Assembly (NCBI GenBank): GCA_020137815.1 | Contig: CM035355.1 | Span: 7,874,001 to 7,938,000 of the forward strand | Length of the DNA: 64,000 nucleotides | Origin: Hormiphora californensis | Lineage: Eukaryota > Animalia > Ctenophora | Reading direction: 5' to 3' | Part shown: positions 12,001 to 22,502 of the stretch, piece after piece | Layout: each line of letters opens with the position of its first letter | Numbering within the stretch: the stretch's first letter is position 1 | Notes under the pieces: model-generated | The model's input: the letters and a program-made list of their open reading frames with translations, nothing else | What the model was told of the DNA's origin: nothing | The model's database searches: none | Position numbers and translations under genes: made by a program

Positions 12001-15000
12001 AAAACCGGTTTTTAAGGTCCCTAAATTTTATTTTTAGGGCTAGAAAACTGAAAATTTGGGGATTTGTAGAGGATACCAAGGTGTATCAGCCCAAACATAA
12101 ATTTTTTGAAATGGAGCTCAATTTTTTGTCTGAGACTACTTTACTTTTTTTGACTTTGAGGCCATATTTGGACATGTTCCTATGGACCGTTAAGGCTAAA
12201 AATTGGATATTTGGTGCTCCTAACAATTGTCAAAGTAGCCACAAATTTTCAGGAGGTCCGAATTTGAAATGTGGCCTACAGGTTTCTTTTTGTAAAGCAC
12301 ATATTTTAGGAAAACTTAAAATGGCTATATCTCAAAAACGGTAGGTCCTAGCGATCTAATTTTGTGCTAAATCGATTCAGCGGGTCCGATTTTGGGGGGG
12401 TCGTCTCTTAGACATTTTGCTCTAAGTCTAACCGTTTTTTCAGAAATCGTATTTTAAGGTTTGTACAGTCGGACCCCGATTTAACGGCCCCCGATTTAGC
12501 GGCACCCCGATTTAACGGCAGGATAAATTTCCCCCAAAATTTTTTGAAATTTTTTTTGAAAATTTTTTGAAAAACCACGTCCGAATCGTGTTTCGAATCG
12601 GTGCATCTTATTGCATGTCTTGCCGGTAATTAGACGGTTCAAAACGAACAGATATGTGATCCCCATGAGGCCTGTCTGGCGCCGCGACCCATCTGAGCGC
12701 ACTGTTGAGAATCAAATTGGGGTCTGGCGCCGCCAGACAGCATGAGGCCCATCGAACCGCAATTTTGACGCTTGTTAAATTCGCCTCATGGGGATCACGT
12801 ATCGCTTCGTTTCGAACCGTCTAATTAGCGACAGGACGTGCGATAAAATGCACTGATTCGAAACACGATTCGGACGTGGTTGATATACTCTTTGAAAAAT
12901 TTTCATAACTTTTTTGCAAAATTTTACAGAATGATTGTCAATGCTTTGATCGGTGCTCCCCATGAATTTTCAGAGAAAAATATATTTTGAAATTCAAATT
13001 CTTCCTCACCCCGCTTAAAGTGCCCCGATTCGACATGGTATCACGTATCGGTTCGTCTAATTAGCAGCAAGACATGCGATAAGATGCACTGATTCGATAA
13101 ACGATTCGGACGTGGTTGATATAGTACCTTAGAAAATTTTTATAACTTATTTTGAAATTATTTTGAAATTACTTTCTTTTTCTAATCAGAAATGATCATG
13201 TAATCAATACATGGACATTGCATTTAACACTTAGAGGTGTTTTAGTACAGCATTTTGGACAAAAATAGGGTTTTATGGGCCAAATATGCTCTACCCCGAT
13301 TTAACGGACAAAACTCTTTCCCCCGAGGGTGCCGTTAAATCGGGGTTCGACTGTACATGTTTAGCAGAAATAGGTAAGATTAGCTCTAGCTAGAAGCATT
13401 TCTGCTAAACATGTACAAACCTTAAAATACGATTTCTGAAAAAACGGTTAGACTTAGAGCAAAATGTCTAAGAGACGACCCCCCCCCAAAATCGGACCCG
13501 CTGAATCGATTTAGCACAAAATTAGATCGCTAGGACCTACCGTTTTTGAGATATAGCCATTTTAAGTTTTCCTAAAATATGTGCTTTACAAAAAGAAACC
13601 TGTAGGCCACATTTCAAATTCGGACCTCCTGAAAATTTGTGGCTACTTTGACAATTGTTAGGAGCACCAAATATCCAATTTTTAGCCTTAACGGTCCATA
13701 GGAACATGTCCAAATATGGCCTCAAAGTCAAAAAAAGTAAAGTAGTCTCAGACAAAAAATTGAGCTCCATTTCAAAAAATTTATGTTTGGGCTGATACAC
13801 CTTGGTATCCTCTACAAATCCCCAAATTTTCAGTTTTCTAGCCCTAAAAATAAAATTTAGGGACCTTAAAAACCGGTTTTTAGGGTCAAACTTTGAGGGG
13901 CTGTAGCAAAAATATGAATTCGAGTTAAGGGCTAAAATTGCATATTTGAGGTCGGCTTGGTATGCCCTACAACCCCATATGGAGAGCTAAGCGGGCACTC
14001 GACAAAAATTTTGCCGAGGTGTACCCTTAAAAAGGAGAAACCAGTGTGTAGTCTTTCCTTCTTGAAGTATAAGAGACACACGAAAGTCAAAAATCATGTA
14101 TGGCGGCTCCAGACCCCGTTTGTATTCTCAAAAGACAGTGCGCTCAGATCGGGTCGGCGCCGCCAGATAGCAAACATCATCAGCATAATAATACTGACCT
14201 GCCCTGATTCTTGACAGGAGTGACTCCTCCCATTTCCCTCCAGTCCATGCTATCAGCTGCAGGTCCGGCGCTGGAAAGGGGTAGGGGAGCACCGGTAGAG
14301 TGGGGAAGGGACGCGTTAAATCCGAGATATTGACCCTTCTCCTGGGACGTCATGTCAGAAAACATGTTCAAACCTGAATCAGAATTCATTGTGACATAAG
14401 TCTTACTGATTTTTTATTTGTCTACAATTACATATTGTAGGACATATAATTGTGTTAGAACATGTTAGAATAGTGTCAGAACGTCATGTTAGAATATGTT
14501 AGAATAGTGTCAGAACGTTAGAACATTTTAGAAATGTGTCAGAACGCGTTAGAACATGTTAGAAATGTGTCAGAACGCGTTAGAACATGTTAGGAATGTG
14601 TCAGAACGCGTTAGAACATGTTAGGAATGTGTCAGAACGCGTTAGAACATGTTAGGAATGTGTCAGAACGCGTTAGAACATGTTAGAAACAACACGTACC
14701 TGCCTCCCATCCTAGATCCTCACTATTAATCTCAGCAGCCTCCTGGACACTCTTCCTAAACCTAGTCACCATGGCAACCCCCCTGGTTACCTGCATTCTA
14801 GTCACCATGTTAGAAACAACACGTACCTGCCTCCCATCCTAGATCCTCACTATTAATCTCAGCAGCCTCCTGGACACTCTTCCTGAACAACCTGAACCTC
14901 AACCTGTTCTCCGTGAGAGAATAAACTCGACCCTGATCGTTCTCGTACTGGGAGTAAAGCCTTGTAAATACTGGTCTCTGATTGGCTGATAACCAGTCAC

Positions 15001-18000
15001 GTGACCTAAATAACGAGTTCTGATTGGTTGTTTACTATTGTCGGTCGCTTACCTGGGAGTAAAGCCTCGCCATGGCTTCCCCACTCTGCAATGCAGACTG
15101 AAGGACATCGGAAGCGGCAACCGCAGAGATGAGCAGAAGGAAAATCATGGTGTTGGGAATGGTGGGAGCTCTGTGCTGTGATTTAAATCGAGGGAGATCT
15201 GATTGGATTTATTAGTGGTGTGATGAGTTTAGAAGGTGTTTAGCACCTTTTGTAAAGTGGCTCTATTGTGTGAGATTTAATTGCCCCCCAGCTCTTTACA
15301 ATCTTTCTCTTCCCATACCCTCTAGTTCGACCTAAGTTTAGAAAGTGCAACTCATCCCCACATCTTCTTCCCTGTAATTAATCTTGCAAAAAGGAGCATT
15401 GAACCCCGATTGAACCCAAACTTAACCACCCGATTTACTGGTACTTCCAGCTAGCCCAAGTACCAAATGCCAGGTGTTGTCATGACAACTCACTAGATTC
15501 TCCTACGTCTCCAGGACAACACGGGATACGACCTGAAACAGCTGTTTATCGGGTCTGAGGGGACCCTTGGTGTGATAACAGATGTGTCTCTCCTGCTCCC
15601 CCAGGCACCCACCAGTGTTAATGTAGCCATGTTCGGGTGTAAATCATTCGAGGATGTCGTCCAGACTTACAGGTACAGGCGGACCCCGATTTAGTGACAT
15701 CCTCGGGGGAAAAAATCCTGCCACTAAATCGGGGTGTCACTAAATCGGGGGCCACTAAATCGGGGTCCGACAATTATACAGGTTTATATCCTTCGTGAAT
15801 TGTAAGAAGCTGTAACAGGTATACCCTTGCCCTGCTCGACCCTTTCTGACCCCCTCCAAAATGTCTAACCTGAGATGGTCAGCGCGGCCAAAATGTCTAA
15901 CCCAAACCCCTTTTCGTTGATAAATCTGCCCCCCTCAGGTTATCGCGAGCCCCTCCAAAATGTCTAGCCCAAACCCCTTTTAGTTGACAAATCTGCCCCT
16001 TGGTTACGAAGTCACCCCTATTATTGAATGAGCTAGCGCAGAGGGGGAATTTCATTACCAAAATCTGCCCCCCCTCAGGTTATCGCGACAGACCATGGGT
16101 GATAAACAAAACTGCCCCCTCAGGTTATCGCGACAGACCATGGGAGAGATTGTGAGTGCGTGCGAGTTTATGGATAGGACCTGTATGAAAGCAGTTAATG
16201 AGAACCTATCCCTTGCCTCTCCGTTCCCTGATGAGCATCCTTTCTACTTCATCGTCGAGACATCAGGTACATATTACCCCCTCCCCGCCCCGTTAAGTAT
16301 GGTACTTCCCGCATGTTGTTGTGTCTCCACTTTCAGTCCTAGGCAGAAATTTGTTGTGTGTATCAAATAACCAAGGTGTTCTACCCGGATCTCTCCCGTT
16401 ACGTGCAAGATCAGGTTCAGTAACACAACACGTGTTACACGTCTCAGGTTTGGACTGTTAGGCCAATGCTCTGACCACAGTTCTCGCGGTCAGGCCAATG
16501 CTCTGACAGGGTTTGTACCAGACTCATTTAGTACCCAACATATCTCCGGTTCCTTGCTTGCAGGTTCTAACCAGGAGCACGACATGGAGAAGTTAGAGGG
16601 GTACGTGGCACGTGTATTCGAGGAGGGAGTTGCAGATGATGGGGTCTTAGGTACTACACAACAACTATTCTTGTATTTACTGTGTAATGTGTATCTACTA
16701 TGTGTAGTCTAGTGTGAATATCACTCTCTTTGATACTACATACACGCAGCTTCGGCCACCCCATACCAAGCTGCTACCTCCCTCCCAGCTACCAGTAAGG
16801 ACCAGGCGGGTCGTCTGATGGCGCTACGAGAGAACATTGCCCCCGCCCTCAAACTGTTAGGATACAACTACAAGTATGATGTGTCACTGCCAATCAAACA
16901 GATGTACTCTCTAGTGGAGAAGGTACGTGGTATGAAGCACGTGTCTTGTGTTGGGGTTATTGGGAGGGAGGGGGTGATAGGTCATAGGGTGGTTACAAGG
17001 AGGGTATTATATTGAGACACCATTTTGGCAAGGTGGAGGTAACAAAATCCAGCTATTGCTCGTCGTTTTGCGTTAATGAAATAGAGAAACGACGAGTGGC
17101 AATTTGAGGTCTGAGATCGAGAAGAGTTTGTTCCATTTGTTCCATTTCACTGCTCACAATTTCATGCAACTCAAATTGTAACATTGGAATCTAGGTGGGA
17201 GAGAAGACGGTGGGAGAGGAGAATTGTATCTCCGTTGGATACGGTCACCTAGGAGACAACAACCTTCATCTCAACCTAGTAACGCCCACCTACTCTACAC
17301 AGGTCATTATGACGTCATAGTGTGATGTCATAGTGTGACGTCATAGTGTGACGTCATAGTGTGACGTCATAGTGTGACGTCATAGTGTGACGTCATAGTG
17401 TGATGTCATAGTGTGATGTCATGTAGCACGTGTGATGTCATGTTTTCACAACTACTTTGTTCACTGCATTTGGTGTCAGGTGTACCAGTATTTATCTGCA
17501 AGCTGTGATGTCGTATGAAATTAGTACATGTTAGGTTCGGGATTCGGGAAGAGAGGTCACAAAATTTGAACAAAACTGTATCCTTTTGCTCAGATAATTT
17601 TGGTTCCAACCTGTCAGAGCATTGGCCTGACCCATTCTCGTTTCTCTCAAATTTGCGGAGCGCGCGAGAACTGTGGTCAGAGCATTGGCCTGACAGGTTC
17701 CAACTGAAATGAAAATATATTTTGTCGATATCCTCATTCCTAGCTTACTGTGAGTCTAGACGGTCTAGAAAACTTTCAGTTAGAATCTCACGATTGCTCC
17801 AAAATGATCACCAAACTATAGTTTCCCGAACCCTATCACTAGGTAAAAGAGGTGCTGCAGGAGCAGGAGGGTTGTCATGTAGGGAGTTATGGGCACATTA
17901 GTGATGGGGACCTCCATCTGAACCCAATATCTCCCAACTTTTCTAGCACGGTAGTTGTGAAACAAATTTTATTGTATTTCTCGTTACCAATAACAACCAA

Positions 18001-20863
18001 AATAATGGCCCTCTCAGCTGTAGTCTGTGTGAGCTTGATCATTAATAAACTGTAACACCTCTTTTGCTACGTGTAATATGTTGTGGTTATCAATTACTAG
18101 TAAACCCGTTCGCCCTACGGGCGAATTTCTGGGAAATGGTAGCTGGATTAGGGAACACTGACATCACCAGTCGAACTGTTGACATGCACCGTACCGTAAA
18201 AGGAGCTCAGGCGGGATCGCTGCGAGTTTTAGAACTCCTCGCGTTTCATCTGTTTGCAGTATTCATCTGGGATTGATCACCGGTTCTGTCTGACCTTCAA
18301 CGTCTTTTTCGTTGTCTCTGCACTTCTCAGTTCTCTTGGTGTTGCTGTATTTAAACCCCTCAGTGTATGGAAAAGTAGAGAATGGCGGTGAGATCTCCAA
18401 TTGTCGCTTTCGTAATCGTATATCAACGGTTGTTGAAGAGAACATAATAGCTGGAACAGTGACACAAAAACAACGCAAGAACAGCTGCACGTGCAGCTGC
18501 AGTAGATTAGTAACAATCCTTGGCAACGGCTCCCACCCCTGGCCCAACTCCAGCTATAGTACTCCACCTCTAAACCTGCACGTGCAAAATGCCATATTTG
18601 GTAAAAAAAACGGGACAGGGCATTTCCCTATTTGCTTTAATAATAGTATGATGTAAATTGCTGTGTGTACATGTGTTTTCGCTTTAGCATGCTTCTGCTC
18701 TGCAGTCTGCACCTCCTTTGTAGCATGTTTTCAATTTCCCCTTTTTTGTGCAACTAACTGCTAAATAAGACCGTTGTTGCTGAATGCTACCTATGATGCT
18801 GCCGTGTGTACTACAATTCCTTGACTAAATTCTACCCTATTCTGGTATATCACTCTTAGTTCCACCTATAAACGTACAGGTGCTAGGCCTTGTCGAGCCA
18901 TTTATCTACGAGGAGGTTGCCAAGCTACGTGGCAGCATCAGCGCTGAACATGGACTGGGACTGAAGAAGGCTAACTATCTCAAGTAAGTGCTCTACTTAG
19001 ACTGCTCAATCAATCAATCAATCATAACACCGCTCGGTGGCGGGGTGCCGCTTAGACTGCTGACTGCTGAGACCAATTAGCTATACTGATAACTGAGACC
19101 ACATGACTGCTGAGACCACATGGCTGCTGAGACCAATTAGCTGCTGAGACCACATGGCTGCTAAGACCACTTAGCTGCTGAGACCACATGGCTGCTAAGA
19201 CCACATGGCTGCTGAGACCACATGGCTGCTGAGACCACATGGCTGCTGAGACCACATGGCTGCTGAGACCACATGGCTGCTGAGACCACATGGCTGCTGA
19301 GACCACATGGCTGCTGAGACCACATGGCTGCTGAGACCACATGGCTGCTGAGACCACATGGCTGCTGAGACCACATGGCTACTGAGACCACATGACTGCT
19401 GAGACCACATGGCTGCTGAGACCACATGGCTGCTGAGACCACATGGCTGCTGAGACCACATGGCTGCTGAGACCACATGGCTGCTGAGACCACTTAGCTG
19501 CTGAGACCAATTAGCTGCTGAGACCAATTAGCTGCTGAGACCACATGGCTGCTGAGACCAATTAGCTGCTGAGTCCACATGGCTGCTGAGACCACATGAC
19601 TGCTGAGACCACATGGCTGCTGAGACCACATGGCTGCTGAGACCATTCGGCTGCTGAGACCACATGACTGCTGAGACCACTTGGCTGCTGAGACCACATG
19701 ACTGCTGAGACCACTTAGACTGCTGAGACCACATGACTGCTGAGACCACATGGCTGCTGAGACCACATGGCTGCTGAGACCACATGGCTGCTGAGACCAC
19801 ATGGCTGCTGAGACCATTTGGCTGATGAGACCACATGGCTACTGAGACCACATGGCTGCTGAGACCACATGGCTACTGAGACCACATGGCTGCTGAGACC
19901 ATTTGGCTGCTGAGACCACATGGCTGCTGAGACCATTTGGCTGCTGAGACCACATGGCTGCTGAGACCACATGGCTGCTGAGACCACATGGCTGCTGAGA
20001 CCAATTAGCTGCTGAGACCACATGGCTGCTGAGACCACATGGCTGCTGAGACCACATGGCTGCTGAGACCATTTGGCTGATGAGACCACATGGCTACTGA
20101 GACCACATGGCTGCTGAGACCACATGGCTACTGAGACCACATGGCTGCTGAGACCACTTGGCTGCTGAGACCAATTAGCTGCTGAGACTGTTTGACTGCT
20201 GAGACCACATGACTGCTGAGACCACATGGTTGCTGAGACCACATGGCTGCTGAGACCACATGGCTGCTGAGACCACATGGCTGCTGAGACCACTTGGCTG
20301 CTGAGACCAATTAGCTGCTGAGACTGTTTGACTGCTGAGACCACATGGCTGCTGAGACCATTTGGCTGCTGAGACCACATGACTGCTGAGATCACTTGGC
20401 TGCTGAGACCACATGGCTGCTGAGACCAATTAGCTGTTGATACCACATGGCTGCTGAGACCAATTAGCTGCTGAGACCAATTAGCTGTTGATACCACATG
20501 ACTGCTGAGACCACATGGCTGCTGAGACCACATGGCTGCTGAGACCACATGACTGCTGAGATCACATGGCTGCTGAGACCACATGGCTGCTGAGACCACA
20601 TGACTGCTGAGACCACATGGCTGCTGAGACCAATTAGCTGCTGAGACCATTTGGCTGCTGAGACCACATGGCTGCTGAGACCACATGGCTGCTGAGACCG
20701 CTTCACTTTTCAAAATCAAGCTTTTTGTTTTTATCACCTTCCAACTTTGTTTTCTTTCAGGTACAGCAAAGACAGTGGAGTGATTGATATGATGAGGGTG
20801 ATTAAGGGAGTGTTCGACTCCAACGCCATTATGAATCCTTACAAACTGTTACCATGGAAATGA
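3049..20863 (+). CDS. D2HGDH: D-2-hydroxyglutarate dehydrogenase (FAD-linked, VAO/PCMH family). Exons 3049-3204, 3458-3608, 4096-4232, 4484-4562, 4803-4930, 15515-15672, 16124-16266, 16564-16650, 16789-16922, [17195-17302 or 17843-17950], 18880-18983, 20761-20863
   Basis: Motifs PQG|[28 protein letters not shown]|[11 protein letters not shown]|[43 protein letters not shown] and [14 protein letters not shown]. Arg/Ser-rich N-terminus resembles a transit peptide; all junctions are in phase. Confidence 0.95.
3974..4074. mobile_element. About 100-bp hAT-like MITE; other copies near 1167-1244, 14965-15052, 23648-23753 and 28098-28206
   Basis: TIR CAGGAACCGACCGAA...TTCGGTCGGTTCCTG with an 8-bp TSD ATATTAAC. 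Interior has two ATTGG (CCAAT) boxes and TCACGTGA. Confidence 0.8.
5156..6037. mobile_element. piggyBac-like non-autonomous element
   Basis: TTAA|CCCTTTGGAGACGAT ... ATCGTCCCCAAAGGG|TTAA, with internal subterminal repeats (GACGATTGGGTCACAGGTGACCCA). Confidence 0.8.
6089..15148 (-). CDS. Cathepsin L-like papain (C1A) protease with I29 prodomain, Pro/Thr linker and C-terminal ShKT domain; nested antisense in D2HGDH intron 5
   Basis: Signal peptide [12 protein letters not shown]; prodomain with GLNMFSDMT; [17 protein letters not shown]|RCGSCWSFG (catalytic Cys), PNHAVTLVG (His), [14 protein letters not shown] (Asn). Last exon [55 protein letters not shown] joins in phase 0. Confidence 0.9.
6931..7491. 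mobile_element. Tc1/mariner-pogo-like MITE; longer inverted copy at 12466-13353, short derivatives near 15675-15772, 22358-22444 and 25420-25580
   Basis: TA|CAGTCGGACCCCGATTTAACGGC ... GCCGTTAAATCGGGGTCCGACTG|TA. Confidence 0.85.
7605..8332. repeat. 63-bp tandem repeat (dimer of about 31/32-bp monomers) inside the GG-TIR element
   Basis: Unit CCGAGAAAATTTTCTCGAATCGTATTTTCTAAGCGAGAAATTTCCCCGAATCGCAATTTCTTA, about 11-12 copies; explains the 21-aa-periodic ORF. Confidence 0.9.
11454..11654. mobile_element. About 200-bp hairpin MITE in a cathepsin intron
   Basis: Near-perfect inverted arms of about 70 bp: CATCAGAATGTCGCTCGGCAATTTCCGC...GCGGAAATTGCCGAGCGACATTCTGATG. Confidence 0.7.
12466..13353. 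mobile_element. Tc1/mariner-pogo-like MITE inserted at a TA in the left arm of the Kolobok-like element
   Basis: TA TSD and CAGTCG termini; same family as 6931-7491. Confidence 0.85.
12672..12740. mobile_element. 69-bp CTGTCTGG-ended mini-element; related copies near 3634-3699, 3740-3900, 14100-14169, 27529-27593 and 32380-32425
   Basis: CATGAGGC|CTGTCTGGCGCC...GGCGCCGCCAGACAG|CATGAGGC (8-bp TSD). The empty site is visible in the 6931-7491 paralog. Confidence 0.8.
14455..14690. repeat. About 31-bp minisatellite GTTAGAACATGTTAGGAATGTGTCAGAACGC
   Basis: Tandem copies in cathepsin intron 2. Confidence 0.85.
17309..17422. repeat. 13-bp tandem repeat GTGACGTCATAGT containing the CRE palindrome
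   Basis: About 8 units immediately after the donor of exon 17195-17302; most contain TGACGTCA. Confidence 0.85.
17611..17696. mobile_element. 86-bp CTGTCAG-ended mini-element; related copies near 10191-10258, 11102-11178, 16460-16509, 28005-28068, 29037-29109 and 52500-52597
   Basis: GTTCCAAC|CTGTCAGAGCATTGGCCTGACC...GGTCAGAGCATTGGCCTGACAG|GTTCCAAC (8-bp TSD). Confidence 0.8.
18097..18130 (-). mobile_element. Helitron-like 3' terminus; element extends toward higher coordinates, 5' end not defined
   Basis: Minus strand reads TTCGCCC-GTA-GGGCGAA hairpin, 8 nt, then CTAG|T. Confidence 0.5.
19056..20699. repeat. 17-bp minisatellite GCTGCTGAGACCACATG, about 1.6 kb, filling the last D2HGDH intron
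   Basis: Directly visible; source of the [17 protein letters not shown] ORFs. Confidence 0.95.
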
Positions 20864-20906
20864 ATTGTTGAATTCTGTGATTTGCAAGGATTATAAGATC
20901 GACAGT

Positions 20907-21846
20907 TAGTAGGGTCGGTTGTGGGAAGTTGGGTCTGGAATTTTAAATTTGACTTGCTGATATTATTAGGGAGTCTATAAAAAGTCCAAAGTACCATCCC
21001 ACAGGTCTCTACCACCCCCGGTTCACTAATTAGTCGTAATTATGTGATTTATGACGTTATCGCCAATTAGCATTAATAATACCAGTTCCTGAACACTTAG
21101 AGCTTAGATTTTGATACCAGCTGATAGAGGATCACTAGATTAGTGGGCATTCAAATTTTGAGGTCGATCGGGGTTATGGTTGAGGAGTTATAACCGTTTT
21201 TCCGTTTGGCTGGCGGTTGGCTGGCACCACGTGGGATTACGGGTTTAGGTCGTCGTGGGAGGTCGTAATTGGTCGCGTTCGATCGGGCTCGATGAGGTGA
21301 TCAAAACCTAGTGGGGCCAGACCTTGGCCCCACCCCGTTCTTGGGTTATTGGGCTTTTCGGTTTCCCGCCAAAATATTTTCCCGCCAAAACCGAAAAAGC
21401 CTAATAACCCAAGAACGGGGTGGGGCCAAGGTCTGGCCCCACTAGGTTTTGATCACCTCATCGAGCCCGATCGAACGCGACTAATGACGACCTCCCACGA
21501 CGACCTAAACCCGTAATCCCACGTGGTGCCAGCCAACCGCCAGCCAAACGGAAAAACGGTTATAACTCCTCAACCATAACTCCGATCGACCTAAAATTTT
21601 GAACATCCACTAATCTAGTGATCCTCTATCAGCTGGTATCAAAATCTAATCTCGAAGTGGCCAGGAACTGGTATTATTAGTGCTAATTGGCGATAACGTC
21701 ATAAATCACATAATTACGACTAATTAGTGAACCGGGGGTGGTAGAGACCTGTGGGATGGTACTTTGGACTTTTTATAGAGTCCCTAATCATATCAGCAAG
21801 TCAAATTTAAAATTCCAGACCCAACTTCCCACAACCGACCCTACTA
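20907..21846. mobile_element. 940-bp foldback element (Academ-like termini) just 3' of the D2HGDH stop
   Basis: AGT|TAGTAGGGTCGGTTGTGGG ... CCCACAACCGACCCTACTA|AGT. Near-identical inverted arms of about 455 bp; 3-bp TSD and TAG ends. Confidence 0.75.
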
Positions 21847-22502
21847 AGTTACTGTTACTGTACCTGTATCAAACACTAATACTGAAAGGAAAAGTTGCCT
21901 TTGGACATCTTTTTTAGTTTTATTTTTACGAGGTTTTTAATTCAAACTAAATCCGGGAATTTTTATACATAATGATGTTGAACATCTCCTTTTCTACAAA
22001 AGTAAATTGGCATTTGTCTTGTATACATCTATTATTATGTTCTAACCCTTCTTTACAAGGAAAGAGGGTCGAGCTAGGCAACATACCTATTGGATACAGT
22101 GGATCATGAAACATTGTTTCACGGCTGTCACTAAAACAAACACAGCCCGGACCTGCGGTATTTTGACTTTTGAGTATGCCTGTCAGGTCAATGCTCTGAC
22201 ACTTGACAGGAGTATGCAAACACAAACAAGGTAATTGCAGTAAAGATGCTATTCACTATTCATCCTTGTTTTAGTGACAGCCGTAATGCATTATAACAAG
22301 ATACGGGGCGAATAGCATCGTTCACTATATTCGTTTAGCTAATTCGCTTTGAATATACAGTCGGACCCCGATTAACCGGGATGCTCAGGGGAAAGGGGTT
22401 TTCCCGGTAAATCGGGGTGCCCGCGGTATATCGGGGTCCGACTGTTTATAATTCAATTTGTACCCTATTTGTGCTAGAAGCTTAGTTCAATGATATAGCG
22501 TT

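Larger units (their letters stand above)
11855..14026. mobile_element. Kolobok-like foldback element with arms of about 630 bp, carrying nested insertions
   Basis: TTAA|GGGTACACCTCGGC ... GCCGAGGTGTACCC|TTAA. Identical 87-aa ORFs on both strands reflect the arms. Once the Tc1-like insert is removed, the arms meet around a spacer of about 26 bp. Confidence 0.8.

Noticed and set aside
12081-13800. Identical 87-aa ORFs on opposite strands
   Set aside because: They are chance ORFs in the two arms of a foldback element, with no transposase motifs.
18312-18656. Secreted Cys-containing peptide ORF in a D2HGDH intron
   Set aside because: It starts at a non-ATG codon, matches no family I recognise, and lies within a probable Helitron-like insertion.
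19052-20737. Overlapping ORFs as neuropeptide-like repeat precursors
   Set aside because: They are translations of a 17-bp minisatellite in all frames, with no signal peptide or dibasic sites.
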